Below, piece by piece: positions 13,274 to 28,520 of a stretch of DNA of 64,000 nt. The notes beneath the pieces were generated by a model. It was not told the origin of the DNA. It searched no databases and worked only from the letters and a program-made list of their open reading frames with translations. The DNA is from Octopus vulgaris (lineage: Eukaryota): contig OX597818.1 in the NCBI GenBank assembly GCA_951406725.2, forward strand, positions 67,022,001-67,086,000, written 5' to 3'. The stretch's first letter is position 1; each line of letters opens with the position of its first letter. Both the position numbers and the translations under genes were made by a program.

Positions 13274-13278
<5 letters not shown>
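13070..13278 (+). mobile_element. Short HHR-bearing element, CCGACGA family, in (TA)n
   Basis: gttt-CCGACGA-A-gagc(tcc)gctc-GAAA-ctt-taaa at 13143-13177. Homologous over its length to 56929-57120 (minus) and 31690-31905. Confidence 0.7.
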
Positions 13279-13328
<50 letters not shown>

Positions 13329-13331
<3 letters not shown>

Positions 13332-13622
13332 AGGTACTGCAAATTTAGACTGAATACTTGATAGGTGTAAGCACTTGTATATGCCAGATAGTGGCAGATG
13401 TGATAGATATGATAAACCTATTATAATGCGTAATACTACGTGTACTATTTATATTTTTTATATTGTGATGTAATCTTTGGACCAACAATGTTTGCGACTG
13501 AAGTAAGCTTTAAACCATCTTTTATATCAATAATACTCTGATGTAATTACGCGTTGTTTAGAAAGCTTGAAACACGTGTACCTCGATATCCTTTGTGTTC
13601 TGTTTTTAATTTAAATTTGATA
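13329..13622 (+). mobile_element. PLE pseudo-LTR-like fragment with hammerhead and inverted tail
   Basis: HHR-like motif at 13492-13586: ttgcga-CTGAAGT-aagcttt...aaagctt-GAAA-cacgtg-TA-cctcga. 13329-13400 is the reverse complement of the tail at 19995-20056. Confidence 0.65.
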
Positions 13623-15334
13623 TATATACATATATACAAACACACACACTCACAAATATGTATATATAAATATTATGTTACCCAGTGAAGCGATTACAAG
13701 TGCAATGCAGCCGTAAAGAAATGGTAGAATAAGCTAACAAGCAACATTTAATGAGTCAGTCAACGACAATTCTGCAGAATTTGGAAATATTTATTTCGTT
13801 CAATAAATTCCATTTAATATTCATAGAAGCTAACTTACCTCAGAATTATTATGAGTCATGTCTCCAACAACGAACAATTTATTTCTTGTAAATATTCATG
13901 CTCCTTTAAATTATATTTCTCTTCTCTACGATACGATCAGTTTCATCAAATCAGAAAAATAAAGAAAATATTAAACTAACGCGAAACAATAACTAAATTT
14001 ATTGCCGTATGTGAATGTCTCTCTGAAATATTGATAAATGATTAACTTTAAAGTAACGATATTTTTTAAAAACCTATTTCAAATGTGTTACCTTGGAAGA
14101 TTTCTTGATAACACATTGTATTATCCTAGTAAAGCTAATATATAGAGAACTCTAAAACGCATTTAAACGTAGAAATATTATAGGTAATTAAATAATGGAT
14201 ATTTTAAGATTTAGAATTTGATTTGATATCTAAATGCTTTGATATTATGGGAATAATATAGTAAAATTATTTGTGACATTCATCTTATTCCACATTCATA
14301 AGCCTTTCGTTTCTTCATCAGTCTCTCTCTCTCTTTCTCTCTTTCTCTCCATCTTCACTTCTGTCTTTCTCTCTCTCTCTCTCGCCCTTTCTCTATCGTG
14401 CTTTAAATTCAGTCTCTCAGTAGTAAGTCAGTGGAAAGTAAAATGAAAATACAAATAGCTGATGGAGCAAATCTCTAAATCAAAATATTTAAAATTGCTT
14501 CGCTTGGGATCAGAAAAATAAGTTGGTAAATTGTATATTACGGCTGCAATGGTGATTCGAAACCGAAACACAAGGTAACTGGTTGTACATAACGAACAAA
14601 CCACAGGGCTTTTGAGTGATCTGTCTCTGAAGCATCCAACCAGCTTAAAGCCTCAGCATTATACTTTCTTATAGAATCTATACCTTGTATCCTATAAAAA
14701 GCATGTTTTTAGAGGGCCCTGGAGTTGCAGTATGCTGAGGCAGATGTCCCATCTGTTGGCAGGAAACTTTGTCATCACGAACAGAGTACAATGTTTCTTA
14801 CTTACGATGGGCCAGCTACAAACTACGATCTCTCTACGCTTGTCGTAAACTCCAAGCATTATGTCTGTCTGAAGATGTAATTATGGATCTTGTTATTTGT
14901 AAAAGACAAGCACATTGTGTCACTATGTGCAATACAAAACATCTTATGTTAATTGGGTGCGGGTGTCGTCAGTTACTTCTTCACGCAGGCCGATAAATAC
15001 ATTTTCACCAGTCATCAACTCGGACCAGACGAAGTACACTACAAATTGAGATCCGGTCAATAAATGGATACCAAAGAACGTCGCTAACCGGATATTTGAA
15101 CTGCCAAACATTTAGTTCATTACTTTATGATGCGAGAAGGGAGGTGCTACTTAACAGTGCGATAAGATCGGTTTATACGATTCGTTCTAATTTTTTCTCG
15201 ACGATTCCTAGACTAACAGAAATAGTAACCTATTAACATATACTGGTTTCAAAGTAAGCATAACATTGCATTACTAATAAATTACACACACAAATACATA
15301 TTAATCTTCTTTTTATTTTCCGTATAATAGATCA

Positions 15335-15458
15335 ACTCGCAAAATTATGTTGGGCCGAGACTATAGGAGGAAATACCTAGTCAATGTTACCCGCAGTAGG
15401 ACTGAACCTGGAACTATATGTCTGGGAAGCAAGTTTCTTACCAGCCAAATACGCCGCC
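15335..15458 (-). mobile_element. SINE family B 5' fragment
   Basis: cgcagtaggactgaacctggaactatatg...aagcaagtttcttacca matches the reverse complement of the head at 24620. Confidence 0.6.
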
Positions 15459-16074
15459 CCTTTCTGTCGAAACCTAGTCAAATTTGCAAGGCACATGTTT
15501 CTTTTGTGAGCGCTTACTTACCTGAAATTACATCAACAAACTGTAACTATCGAAGTGACACGACTCTACAATGAACGATAACGTAATTCAATTCATTACA
15601 TATAAACCGTATTCATATTTTACATATCCTTTGTTATTCAGTTTGTTTTTGAATTCATAACACTTCAAGACAAGAAGAGCTTGTTTAATTGTGGACAAAA
15701 TAAGTGTGCTGACAAGTGAAATTAAATAGATCTACGTGTGAAATAAGATCTCGAGATCCAGAAATAGATGTCTCTTCTAACGAAGTCTACATCTTTATCC
15801 AAGTATCCATACCATTTGGATGTTTCCCCTCGGAAATTATGTTTTTATAGTTCATTGGCTTAAAACAATAATCTTGTTTGTTCGATAGTGCCCATTGGAA
15901 TTTTTTTAATGTAAGGGGATAATACGTCTGTCTGACATTACATTATGGCGTAGCGTATGATTTGCATGCCAAGAGAAATACAATTATATAAATTACTATT
16001 TTGCAGACAAAAATTATATGTCAGCTGTTTGCATATATTTAAACCTGGCCAAGTCCAGAGAATGCTTTATATAA

Positions 16075-16312
16075 TACCTATTCCTTTACTTCACACAAGG
16101 GGCTAAACACAGAGATGGCAAACAAGGACAGACAAATGTGTTAAATCGATTATATCGACCCCAGTGCGTAACTGGTACTTAATTTTACCGACCCCGAATG
16201 GATGAAAGGCAAAGTCGACCTAGGCGGAATTTGAACTCAGAACGTAACGGCAGACGAAATACCGCTAAGCATTTCGCCCGGCGTGCTAACGTTCCTGCCA
16301 GCTCGCCGCCTT
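16075..16312 (-). mobile_element. SINE family A, full length, with target-site duplication
   Basis: Well-preserved copy, with aatgctttatataata repeated on both sides (~16061 and ~16314). Confidence 0.9.
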
Positions 16313-18048
16313 CAATGCTTTATATAATATCATTTACTGCGTCGCACTCTCCACTCTTCGATTTATAATTGAAAGTAAGAATGTTGAAACTGAAATAAAT
16401 CACTCCTCCTGAAGTTGTGCTTTATTTTCAAAGCAGACAATCCATAAAACAGTGAATCTCAACTAACTGATGAATTACTCAATTGATTTATTTCTCCACT
16501 GATTTAAGTTTATGTGTTGTCAATAATATAATGAAAGTTAATAAATAATATCTCAAAGTCTCTGACTGAATCAACAGCACCATTAAATAAATATTATACT
16601 CGTATTAGAATATTAACGACCACAAATGTTTTATCTATAACACAAATAATATTCACCGTATGTCAACATATATTGCTTCGGTTATGGAGTTACAAGAATA
16701 TAGTATCATGAGAATGAAAATTATATTTTCTGATGCTTCTTTGGGACGTTATTTCAGGGAAGAAATTAAGTTAAAATTCAAATTTATTACACTAAACGAA
16801 TTGAAAACAAGGCACGATATATTTTTAAAATATATTAAATAGCTACGTATATAAATCGGAGTAACACGATAATTTATTACTCATGACTTGTGAAATAAAT
16901 GTATCTCATTATAAAATTTGAAATCATATGTTTAAATCAAAATTTCATTTGAGTGACAATTTTGTTAAATTATCGAGACCGCATCGCATAATATTTTGAT
17001 CCACATAATGATTCGTTTTATATTAATATCCATTAAAAAACACGAAATCTAATATCACATTACGCCCTCTGAGTCTTTACGCCATTGTATCAGTGTTGGT
17101 GGAAATATAATTAGTTAAAGACGACTTGCTAAATGGATTCTCTCATAATATCCTATGACACATGATTATTTGAAAGGAGGTCAGAAAGGTTACTTGCTAA
17201 AGGATTTATTCAAAGCAGAGTTCAGAGGAGACAATATTTCCTTTAGTTGAACTGGAAACCTCAGGCCAAGATCAACAGAGATTTTTCCAACGACAGTAGT
17301 GTAATATCCTGTCATAAATAATGTTGTGCCAATATTTATTACAAGCTGCCAGGCTGGTCAGACTTTATCAGATTCTCAATATATGTTCTTATGATCATCA
17401 AACTTTATGATTTGAACAACGTATTCAAAGCCCAGAGATATAATGAAAGACTTCAATAAGATTTTAGCGATGTTTTTCTATTTTATATGTTAATAATTAT
17501 ATAGAACTTATTTGATAAAGATATAGCTAACTTTCACGTAACAGTCAAGTACAAAGTTACATTAATACCACGAATATATTCATTTTTATTATATTCTTTC
17601 TGAAAATAACATTAAAAAATTATATTAGCTAAATGTTGTAAGGTAATTTGAACAGAATGCGTCAGTACTTAAGTACAATCAGAAACAAGGTCAAAACCCT
17701 ACTATCATTGTTATGAGATAAATCTAAATTTACATTCTTATCATATATACTTTAAACTCTTCCTTTCTGGGTTAAGTAACGCTTTCTAAATTCCTTTTCA
17801 CTTGCATTAGCTATGTCTAGCATTTCCATCGAGATGTAATTCATTCGTAACTGGCTTCCTTAGATGGCCTTACTGGTCCGTTATACTTATCACTCCTCAA
17901 TCACTCCGTCTCTTTCTGCCTGTTCCATTTTGTAGTTGTTTATCATTCTACTTTTTCCTTTTCATAAACATGAATTGGTGTGGTAGTATGTGTTTGTGAG
18001 CTTCTGCGAATATCTTTGTATTTATGTTAGTTTGTATGCATATATGTG

Positions 18049-18108
<60 letters not shown>

Positions 18109-18110
18109 TA

Positions 18111-18402
18111 CAGTGGCGGACTTGCCCGATGGCAAGTGGACCTCTGCGCCATAAGAATCCATATATGGGGGTCCAAGCTAGTATCTAAGAGGCCCATTCC
18201 CTTAGGTCTGAATATGTTTTATTCATTCTTGGACAGATGCATTAATTATTTGAGCCTGGTTGTATTTGTAGACATTTGAAAAGAATACTTTTAACAAAAA
18301 CAAACAAAAAAGATTAAATGATAGCATTGTATTTACGGGTGGGCCCCCTTAGTCTCCTGGCAACCAATATTTTAAAACCTATCAAAACCTAGTCTGCCAG
18401 TG
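18111..18402. mobile_element. Non-autonomous hAT-like element
   Basis: TIRs cagtggcggact / agtctgccagtg, internal GGGCCC-type motifs, and a degenerate 8-bp TSD (tatgcata / catacatg). Confidence 0.6.
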
Positions 18403-19803
18403 CATACATGCATACTACGTCTGACAGGAGAAAGTGTGTGATTTCTCGTTGCATAAATGATTGACCTTTGACACAAACACAGCTTAATATCAATATTCAT
18501 ACAATGTTATCCTTCTTGTAATTTCAAAGCTGAAGACTACGTCAAGCATGAACTATCGGTCTCCGTCACCTCTTTTCGTATCGGCACTGTATGCATGAAC
18601 ACAAAAGTTGGTCGTGACGTTTTCTTTACATGCTGAGAAAGAGGCACAGTGAATACTTTTAAAGGTCGCGTTTTTGGAGCTGAGTGAATCCCGCTCGATC
18701 GTTCTTGAAACTTTATTAGAGTGATTCCATGTGTTTCATGAGAGCAGTTTTCGTCTGGATGTGGGATTTGTAGGGACCTATAATACTTCACTTACGTAGC
18801 TAAAGGGTTGAAGCATCTTTTCTACACTTGGTCCGTTGCAGTGACTGTAAGGATTGGTATTTATGTGAAGCAAATAGCAAGATTTATAGAAACATTGCGC
18901 TAGTTAATATGCCCATTGTATTAAAAGGATTGACAACTTTATCAAATCCTCAAAATATGTTCTTATGATCATCATATATATGATATGTATGTGTATATAT
19001 ATTTCATTGCTAGGAACCTGACAGGGAGAGAAACATACAGACAAGCAGAGGTTCAGTTGAAATGTCACCATGAAATACATAAACCATATTCGTCTTTCCG
19101 TCTGCAATGAAGAGGAACGAATGCTTCCATTCTTTCAAGAAAGAATGATATTTAGTTCATTCTTTCTGTATTATCCTTCTTCACAACCAAGCTCATGCAC
19201 CACTCACAGCATTAAATTCTCTTCATTTTATTTCAGAAATTGACGCCTCTAAATTTTCCGGGGTATTCATAAAAAAACTGCTCAGGTCTCTCGACATGCA
19301 ATTTTTCTATATAAATTTTGTCCACGTTCTTGTAGTAAATGATTTATAAAAACTTTCGCTCATATTTTATGGTTCCTTGGTAAGTGCATCTTTACATTCG
19401 ATCTTTTTCTCTTGCCCTCGCATTACACTCAGCATCAGCAATCGATATACCAACAACTTTATAAACGACAATTGACGAAGTATCAATTGTTACACAGCCA
19501 CCTTATTTGCCGCACCTTATTTGCCGCACCTTATAAATTAGTAATGCTTTTATGAACACTTGTAATACATTCATTGTTGAAGGCAATGATTATCCAAATG
19601 ATAGATATTACGTGAGCAGATCTGATATCAATAAGGGTTATAAATATGTAAATATCACAGGAGCAATTGTCAGAGCAAAGAAACTTAAAAGATACAAGAA
19701 GATTGTAAGTGATGATTCTCTCTGCCAGAATATGCAGTCAATTTGCCTCTAATAATTAAATTGCCTATTAGCTAATGAAATTATATATATGTATGTATGT
19801 AGA

Positions 19804-20056
19804 TATCAAGTAAAATTAAAAACAGAACACAAAGGATATCGCGGTACACGTGTTTAAAGCTTTATAAATAATCCGTTATTACGTCAGTGTATTATTGATA
19901 CAACGGATTATTTATAAAGCTTGAAACACGTGTACCGCGATATACTTTGTGTTCTGTTTTTAATTTTATTTGATACATTCTCTTTCAACTCTGCCACTAT
20001 CTGGCATACACAGGTGCTTACACTTATCAAATATTCACCCTAACTTTACAGTACCT
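19804..20056 (+). mobile_element. PLE pseudo-LTR-like fragment with inverted duplication (same family as 13329-13622)
   Basis: Hairpin at 19804-19975 with ~72-bp arms containing aaagcttGAAAcacgtgTAccgcga (3' half of the HHR), then a tail to (TA)n. Confidence 0.7.
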
Positions 20057-22040
20057 ATATATATATATATATATATATATACCTAGAAAATATTTCATGT
20101 GTTAACCAAGCATTAGATCGATAGTGTGATTGGAGAATGCGGACATCATGTGAAGATTAAACAACAACAGTAACCAGGCAAGCACTTCTAAGTTATATAT
20201 GGATCTATCTTCATTTCTTTCAGTTCTGAGATTCAAAGAATATTGAAAAATTAACCGTTGATAAACGTCTAAAATATTTCAGCTGGGTATTTTGTCTTAA
20301 CAAGTCATAAATTGACGTTCTTAAAAATAAGGAGTTTGCAGACAATCATTATCTTTTCTGCAAAGAAATGAAATTTATTTGTATTAAAAAATATGAGGAA
20401 ATAATTTTTTCGGGAAATTTTCTGCACATTATTTTATATTTCTCTGTTAGATCCACCTGATATATATAATATGTTTAATATAATCATACACGATCGAAAT
20501 AGAAATCAACAGGAGAAAGAGAAAACAATGCAGAGAGCTACGTTGGACTCGACATGAAATATTTAAAATTTTAAAAATGATTTCATATAAGCTGCATGGG
20601 GTATTGTCAGTAATTGGCTGGACGTGGAGAATTTGAATTAAATACTGTGATTGTATAAGAAATTTATTTATTTTTCTTTAAAGCTTAAAGTTTGCTTATT
20701 ATCTCATGACACAATAGCAATATGAACAACAAAACTTTATATATTATATCCGTGAATATATGTATATACTTTCCCTTATACGTGAGTGTGTGTGCATTTA
20801 TATACATGTAGATACATACATACATGAATCTATAGATAAAGAGATAGATATATAGAAGCAATACTTTCAAAAATGATTACTTAAAATGTTGCATTGTTCC
20901 ATCGTGAATGTAAAAATCACTGTATAACATCAGAAGACAATTTTATTTTAAAGAGAAAAAATATTTATTGTGTTCCGAAAGAACCGTTCATTTCTACTCT
21001 TTTCAAGGAAATTCTATTAATTTTCTCATAAATATATTGGGAAACATCGTGATATTGGCAAATATAAAAGCCTTCACGTGTTTATCCTTAACACTCAATG
21101 GCCGTCCCTAAATTTCTCACGTATCTCATATTACATCTTATAGATCCTTAAGATTTTTTACCCTCATTTCATACACGTCTCTACTTATATTTGTGTGGGA
21201 TTTCGATCTCCATGCCACTATAATCTTTCCAATCTAATATTTCAAGTCAGCATTACTGAGGTAGCAAGTCAAATGTGGGGTGTGATACACATGTAGATGT
21301 AACAGGCACCCTTGGGCCTATTCCTGTGTTCAATAACGTCCACAATATCACCCTAAGGAATTCCGTTGAATTATATAATATAGAAAGGGTTTAACCTGCT
21401 CACAGCATTTTTTTGCGCTATCCAGTACTTCCAAGAGTAAGAACGTTCAACAATTAGCGCTTAATTACAGTCAGATTAAGAGAATTATTAAGATTTATGT
21501 ATATTGCTTGTGAACATTGCCCAGAAAGAAAATATGCTTTTGGATCGTTTACATTCTGGCTGTAACCTTGTACTCACATTTTCTACTCTTTAATTACTTG
21601 GCTGAATTTAATTCTGAAATCAATCCTGCGCGTTTCATGATTTAATGGCGCTTTCAATTTAGTTCGACAGTAGATGTTTGTGTGAAAAGTGTTGGGTGCT
21701 ACTGAAGTTATGCGTTCTAACATTTACTGCATAGAAAATTCTTATTTAGGAGAAGGCTTAAACGGTTGTCGTAATGGAGAGAGAGATAATGTAGACGTAA
21801 TCAAGGCAGATCAAATTGATTTCCATAGAAATAGTTGACGATACTTTTAATACAATGAGCATATTGACTAGCGCAATGTTTCCATAAATCTCGTTAATTG
21901 CTTCACATAAAAATGGTGGGAAGAAAAACATTGGTATCTACATACATATCAATCCTTATTTTCATCTTGAAATTATTTACAACTTATTTCAAAAAGACAT
22001 CGACAACATTTATTGCGAAGTACATACGAGACACTAATTA

Positions 22041-22099
<59 letters not shown>

Positions 22100-22126
22100 T
22101 TTTAAGCAGCAGAAAATTCAACAAAA

Positions 22127-22166
22127 TCTGTTACTCTGAGTTTCTCGTTGCCGTTCATCAGACAGT
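22127..22166 (-). ncRNA. Minimal type I hammerhead at the PLE 3' end
   Basis: ctgt-CTGATGA-a-cg(gcaa)cg-a-GAAA-ctc(a)gag-TA-acag. Canonical core, GUA triplet, very short stem II. Confidence 0.75.
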
Positions 22167-23210
22167 TTTTGCTAGAATGGAACTTATATATCAATTCAAT
22201 CTATACTCTTACAAACGCTACACCTTTAAAAAGAAATGGACTTGTTTGATTGGCCCTTTAGAAAAAACGGTCAATCTTCGAGCGATAAACAAAAAGGTCA
22301 AAAATATATGTATATATATATAAAAAAAACTTATAAAAATTATAAAATCCGAGGAAAAAACCGAGGAAAAAACCTATTGCCGTTAATGAAGACAGTGCAA
22401 ATTAATGCATAGAAATTAAACCTGTTATAAATACTGCAGTACATATTTATATTAAAATCTACATATATATATCAACATACACAAAAGGATGCGCGTAAAC
22501 GCCATACATACATATACAGACGTATGAATATGAATCTAAATATACACATAAAAGCATGTGTACATATATTCACGCAAACCGTCTCGCACGCAAGCTAAAA
22601 TTCATCTATGTAGCAATGCTCATATACTGAGCAAGGAGGGGGAACGAAAGAAAGGGAAAGAGAGAAAACGGAACGAAGGATGGGTGGGGAAAAAACTTGT
22701 AACGATGTTATTGGCATCTATAGAGACCAGTATACATACACAAGTTTGAATGGATACATATACATACCGTCGTGTATATGTGTGCTTAATCACAAGCATA
22801 CTTTCACTTACACATACACAGATACGTATGCTTACAAATACATATGCTTTGCTATACACATACTTATATAAACATTCTAATTTTGACAACATTGCTTTTT
22901 TTTAAAAAAACATTGCTTTTAAAAAATGGGTGCATTAATAAAAATATATACGAAAGACATATAAAATAAAATATAACATCCTATTTTGTGTCATTTATAA
23001 ATAATCAAGGTAATATAAATAATCAAGGTAATCCTATGCAATACAATAACATGAAAACAAAGTTTGTAGGTTTTTCCTAATATATATGTAGAAACATAAG
23101 ACTTTGCTATACGGATTAATATCCGCGTAGCTTGGAAACAGAATCAAAATCCATCGTAGCGCTCATGAGTCAAAATCAAAATCAAAAATCAAAAATACAA
23201 AATATATACT

Positions 23211-24457
<1,247 letters not shown>

Positions 24458-24478
24458 CATACATATATATATACATAC

Positions 24479-24537
<59 letters not shown>

Positions 24538-24619
24538 TATATACATATATATACACATATATATACGTATATACATATATATATGCATATACATATATAT
24601 ACATATATATATATATATA

Positions 24620-25029
24620 GGCGCAGGAGTTGCTGTGTGGTAAGTAGCATGTTTACGAACAACATGGCTTCGGGTTCAGTCCCACTGCGTGGCTTCTTGA
24701 GCAAGTGTTTTCTATTATAACCTTGGGGCGACCAAAGCCTTGTTAGTGGATTTGGTAGACGGAAACTGAAAGAAGCCCGTCGTATATATGTATATCTATG
24801 TGTATATGTATGTGTGTGTGTTTGTGTGTATGTGTTTGTCCCCCTAGCATTGCTTCACAACTGATGCTGGTGTATTTATGTCCCTGTTACTTAGCGGTTC
24901 GGCAAAAGAGACCGATAGAATAAGTACTGGGATTACAAAAGAATAAGTCTATGGGTCGAGTTGCTCGATTAAAGGCGGTGTTCCAGCATGGCCGCCGTGA
25001 ATGACTGAAACAAGTAAAAGAGTAAAAAG
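24620..25029 (+). mobile_element. tRNA-derived SINE family B (CORE-like central motif), full length
   Basis: Head ggcgcaggagttgctgtgtggtaag, B-box-like gggttcagtccc, cttgagcaagtg CORE-like motif, internal TA/TG microsatellite, 3' ggcggtgttccagcatggccgc and (gtaaaaga)n tail. Confidence 0.85.
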
Positions 25030-25052
25030 CATATATACATATATATATATAC

Positions 25053-25093
<41 letters not shown>

Positions 25094-25129
25094 GATACAT
25101 ACATATACATATATATATACATAAGCATA

Positions 25130-25821
25130 TATAACTTAGAATAACTTAGAAAGGTTTTTGGCCAGTATTGGCCCAGGCCATGTCTAACTTAATAGCACCA
25201 CCTGGCGAAGTCTTTCAGTTCAGGATTTGGGCACCAAGGCCCATTCGAGCAGAGAGTTATTGTTTGCGGAGACATATCCGGGTGTGGATGGTTTGTCCGG
25301 TACTGTTTGAAGGAATTTGTCCAAAGACTTCTTGAATTTTGTGTGGTCAGTTTCTTTTTTGACGTATCCTGGTGTAATGTTGAAGAGCGGGTCCAATTGA
25401 GGTGAAATAGTTGTGCCGTATTGTCGTTATGTGATGCGATTTAGATTTTTGTTGTGGACGGATGGCACGTGGTCCAAGCCTTGGATGCATTTTGAAGGTG
25501 ATGCCAACATCATTCGGACAGTGCTGATGGAATATTTTCCACATCATACAGATAATGTAGCGTTCACGGCGTCGTTGGAGTGAATACAATTTCAGCTTCT
25601 CTAGTCTACCCCAGTAGTCAAGGTCTGACATGCCATCTATCTTTTTTGTGATTGACCTTTGGGGAGCTTCAATTCTCATAATATTTTGTTTTGTGTAGGG
25701 AGACCACAGTGGACAGCAGTATTCAAGGTGGGGTCGGGCAAAAGTGGAGAAGAGAAGGATAATAGCGTGGGAATCTCTCGACTGGAAGGTTCTGAGAATC
25801 CAGGAACACATTCTGCGGGCC
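25130..25821 (-). mobile_element. CR1-group LINE 3' fragment (RT thumb + 3' UTR)
   Basis: WILRTF...[13 protein letters not shown]...[30 protein letters not shown], with tail repeat (ttctaagtta)n. 5'-truncated at a microsatellite. Confidence 0.88.
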
Positions 25822-25943
25822 ACACATACACATACATATATATACATATATATATATATATGCATATACATATATACATATACATATATATATATACATA
25901 TATATATACATATATATACATATATATATACATATATACATAC

Positions 25944-25974
<31 letters not shown>

Positions 25975-26032
25975 CATATACATATATACATATACATATA
26001 CATATATATACATATATATATATACCATATAC

Positions 26033-26097
<65 letters not shown>

Positions 26098-26101
<4 letters not shown>

Positions 26102-26262
26102 TAGTTTCAGCTCAGAGCTGCGGCCATACTGATGCACCGCCGTTTTTTGCTACAGTGTTATAACGACGAACCTCGTTTAATATGTGGCACTTGGTGAAAA
26201 TGGAGTTTGATACAGCTACTCTCATTTGCACCTCTTGCCGTGAAGTAGGTTCAAATGGGACA
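26098..26262 (-). mobile_element. Retroelement 3' fragment sharing its terminus with SINE family B
   Basis: Minus strand ends ggcggtgcatcagtatggccgcagctctgagctgaaactag, compared with SINE B ggcggtgttccagcatggccgc...gactgaaacaag. Upstream sequence is unrelated to the SINE. Confidence 0.6.
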
Positions 26263-26409
26263 TACGTATATATACATATATATACATGCATATACATATA
26301 TATATACATATATACACACATACATATATATATATATAGACATACATATATATATATATATATATATACATATATACATACATACATATACATACATACA
26401 TATACATAC

Positions 26410-26475
<66 letters not shown>

Positions 26476-27019
26476 GTATGTATATATATACATTTTATGG
26501 CAATGGGCAGTAATTGTGAGAGAAATCATATAACGAATGCTATGAATATTTAAGATATTAATTGCGACATGCTATAGCATTTACATGTATTACAAAGTTT
26601 GGCAGAAGTCCACCATTTTTGGCGGGAGGGGCTTTGGTGATAACTAGTACCATTTACCAACCCGTAAGTTATGAAACGGAAAATCAGCCTCGACGAAATT
26701 CTTATGTCGCTAGTCACCTGTTCCTCACAGGTTATCCCACTAAATATATATTATCCCTATGTGCTTTTCTGTCCTATCTCCATTCTACGTCTCCCCTCTC
26801 CTCCTCCCTTCCATTCCTTCTTCGTTTCTCTTTCATCTCTCTTACTCTCCTCTTGTATAAATCCAAGAAACATTTAAGAACATTTATTTTTTAAAATCCT
26901 CATGAATGTATGAAAGAGCTAATAATGAATTATCCAAAATTCTGACAGCCCCCTTTTCCGTAAGATATGATTTCAATACGACGCTTCCTATTGATTTTCT
27001 TGTAAACACACACACAGAG

Positions 27020-27054
<35 letters not shown>

Positions 27055-27072
27055 CACACACACACGCACATA

Positions 27073-27189
<117 letters not shown>

Positions 27190-27979
27190 ATATATACGTA
27201 CATCGGTTTCCGAACAGATTTTTCCACAATAATCCACATTATAATCATAGAATTTTAAATTAAAGAAAAGAAACCATAAGAAAATTTCTGAAGGCAAAGC
27301 AACAAGCATTATAGATCAATAAAACAACAATCATGATAGATCAATAAACAGTTCAACAACCTATGACAGCATTACTTGAACTCCGCATATACACAAAAAT
27401 ATATATTAAAAATATGCGCCGCCTCCATGCTACATTTAGAAAAATGCCGGAAACTTGCCAGAGTGTCTTCCCTTCGGTTGCTAATTTATTCTACTGTCTT
27501 CCCTAAAGGTTTACAAGTGGTTGTTTTCCGATGATTACTCTGCAGAACCATAACCAAACGTTCATTCATAAAAGTGAAGACGTGAGAACAGACCAAAGTA
27601 TCGAACCACGGTCTAACCATATACAGCCGCACATCTAAAATACAATTCTTCCGAACAGAGTAATGGGACCTCATATATATCTAAAGGAATTTCTTTTAGA
27701 TATTTCCATATCTCCTGTACAAGTTATGCGAGATATCTTTAGGTTGCGTTTGGTATCTGAACTAATGTAAAAGACCAACGAAATCATCTTTTTAAATTAA
27801 GAACTGTATGCTAGATAGAATATGACTGTGTAATTAGCGCCTAGTTCTATACACTCCACCGAATGTTATGCAGGACATGTCATATAACGATATATGATCG
27901 AGCTCTTTTCAAAAGCATAGACTCTAGGAAATTAATGACCGATTCTATTCCATAACTTTCTACGTGTAATTTTCCAAGG

Positions 27980-28056
<77 letters not shown>

Positions 28057-28462
28057 GAGTGAGAGAGCAGTTCATGCCATCAAAGTGACACTGGGGTAAA
28101 ATATACGAAGCCCAATATACCCATCATGACTACCCGTCTGATAAGGGTACACCAGGCACATGCATCACAACCATATGTGCGCGACATGGTGATCTCATAT
28201 CAAGATAAACAGCACATGACCTTGCAGGTGGGGCCCAGTTTGAATTTTCTTCAGGTTGAGTAGCCCATCCCGCTCAAACGGTCCCTGAATAAGGGTTGTT
28301 TAAGGATGTTGAAAGAACCACCCATGTTTCCAGAGGTGAACTATTCAAACCCCAAAGCATCCCTCTCAACACATGGCTATGATGCTCCCCCACTACTTCT
28401 GCTCGTGATCAGAGATGCACATATCGTCAGCCACTAGGGGACATGCTCAACTGGTTAAGGTC
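28057..28462. mobile_element. ~405-bp GC-richer non-coding element inserted in (ATT)n
   Basis: Sharp boundaries with pure (ATT)n on both sides. No ORF, no TIR. Confidence 0.65.

Positions 28463-28520
<58 letters not shown>

Noticed and set aside
23090-23210. SECIS element downstream of the PLE ORF
   Set aside because: An ATGA is present on the minus strand, but I could not form the required stem with apical AA and GA quartet, and there is no in-frame TGA.
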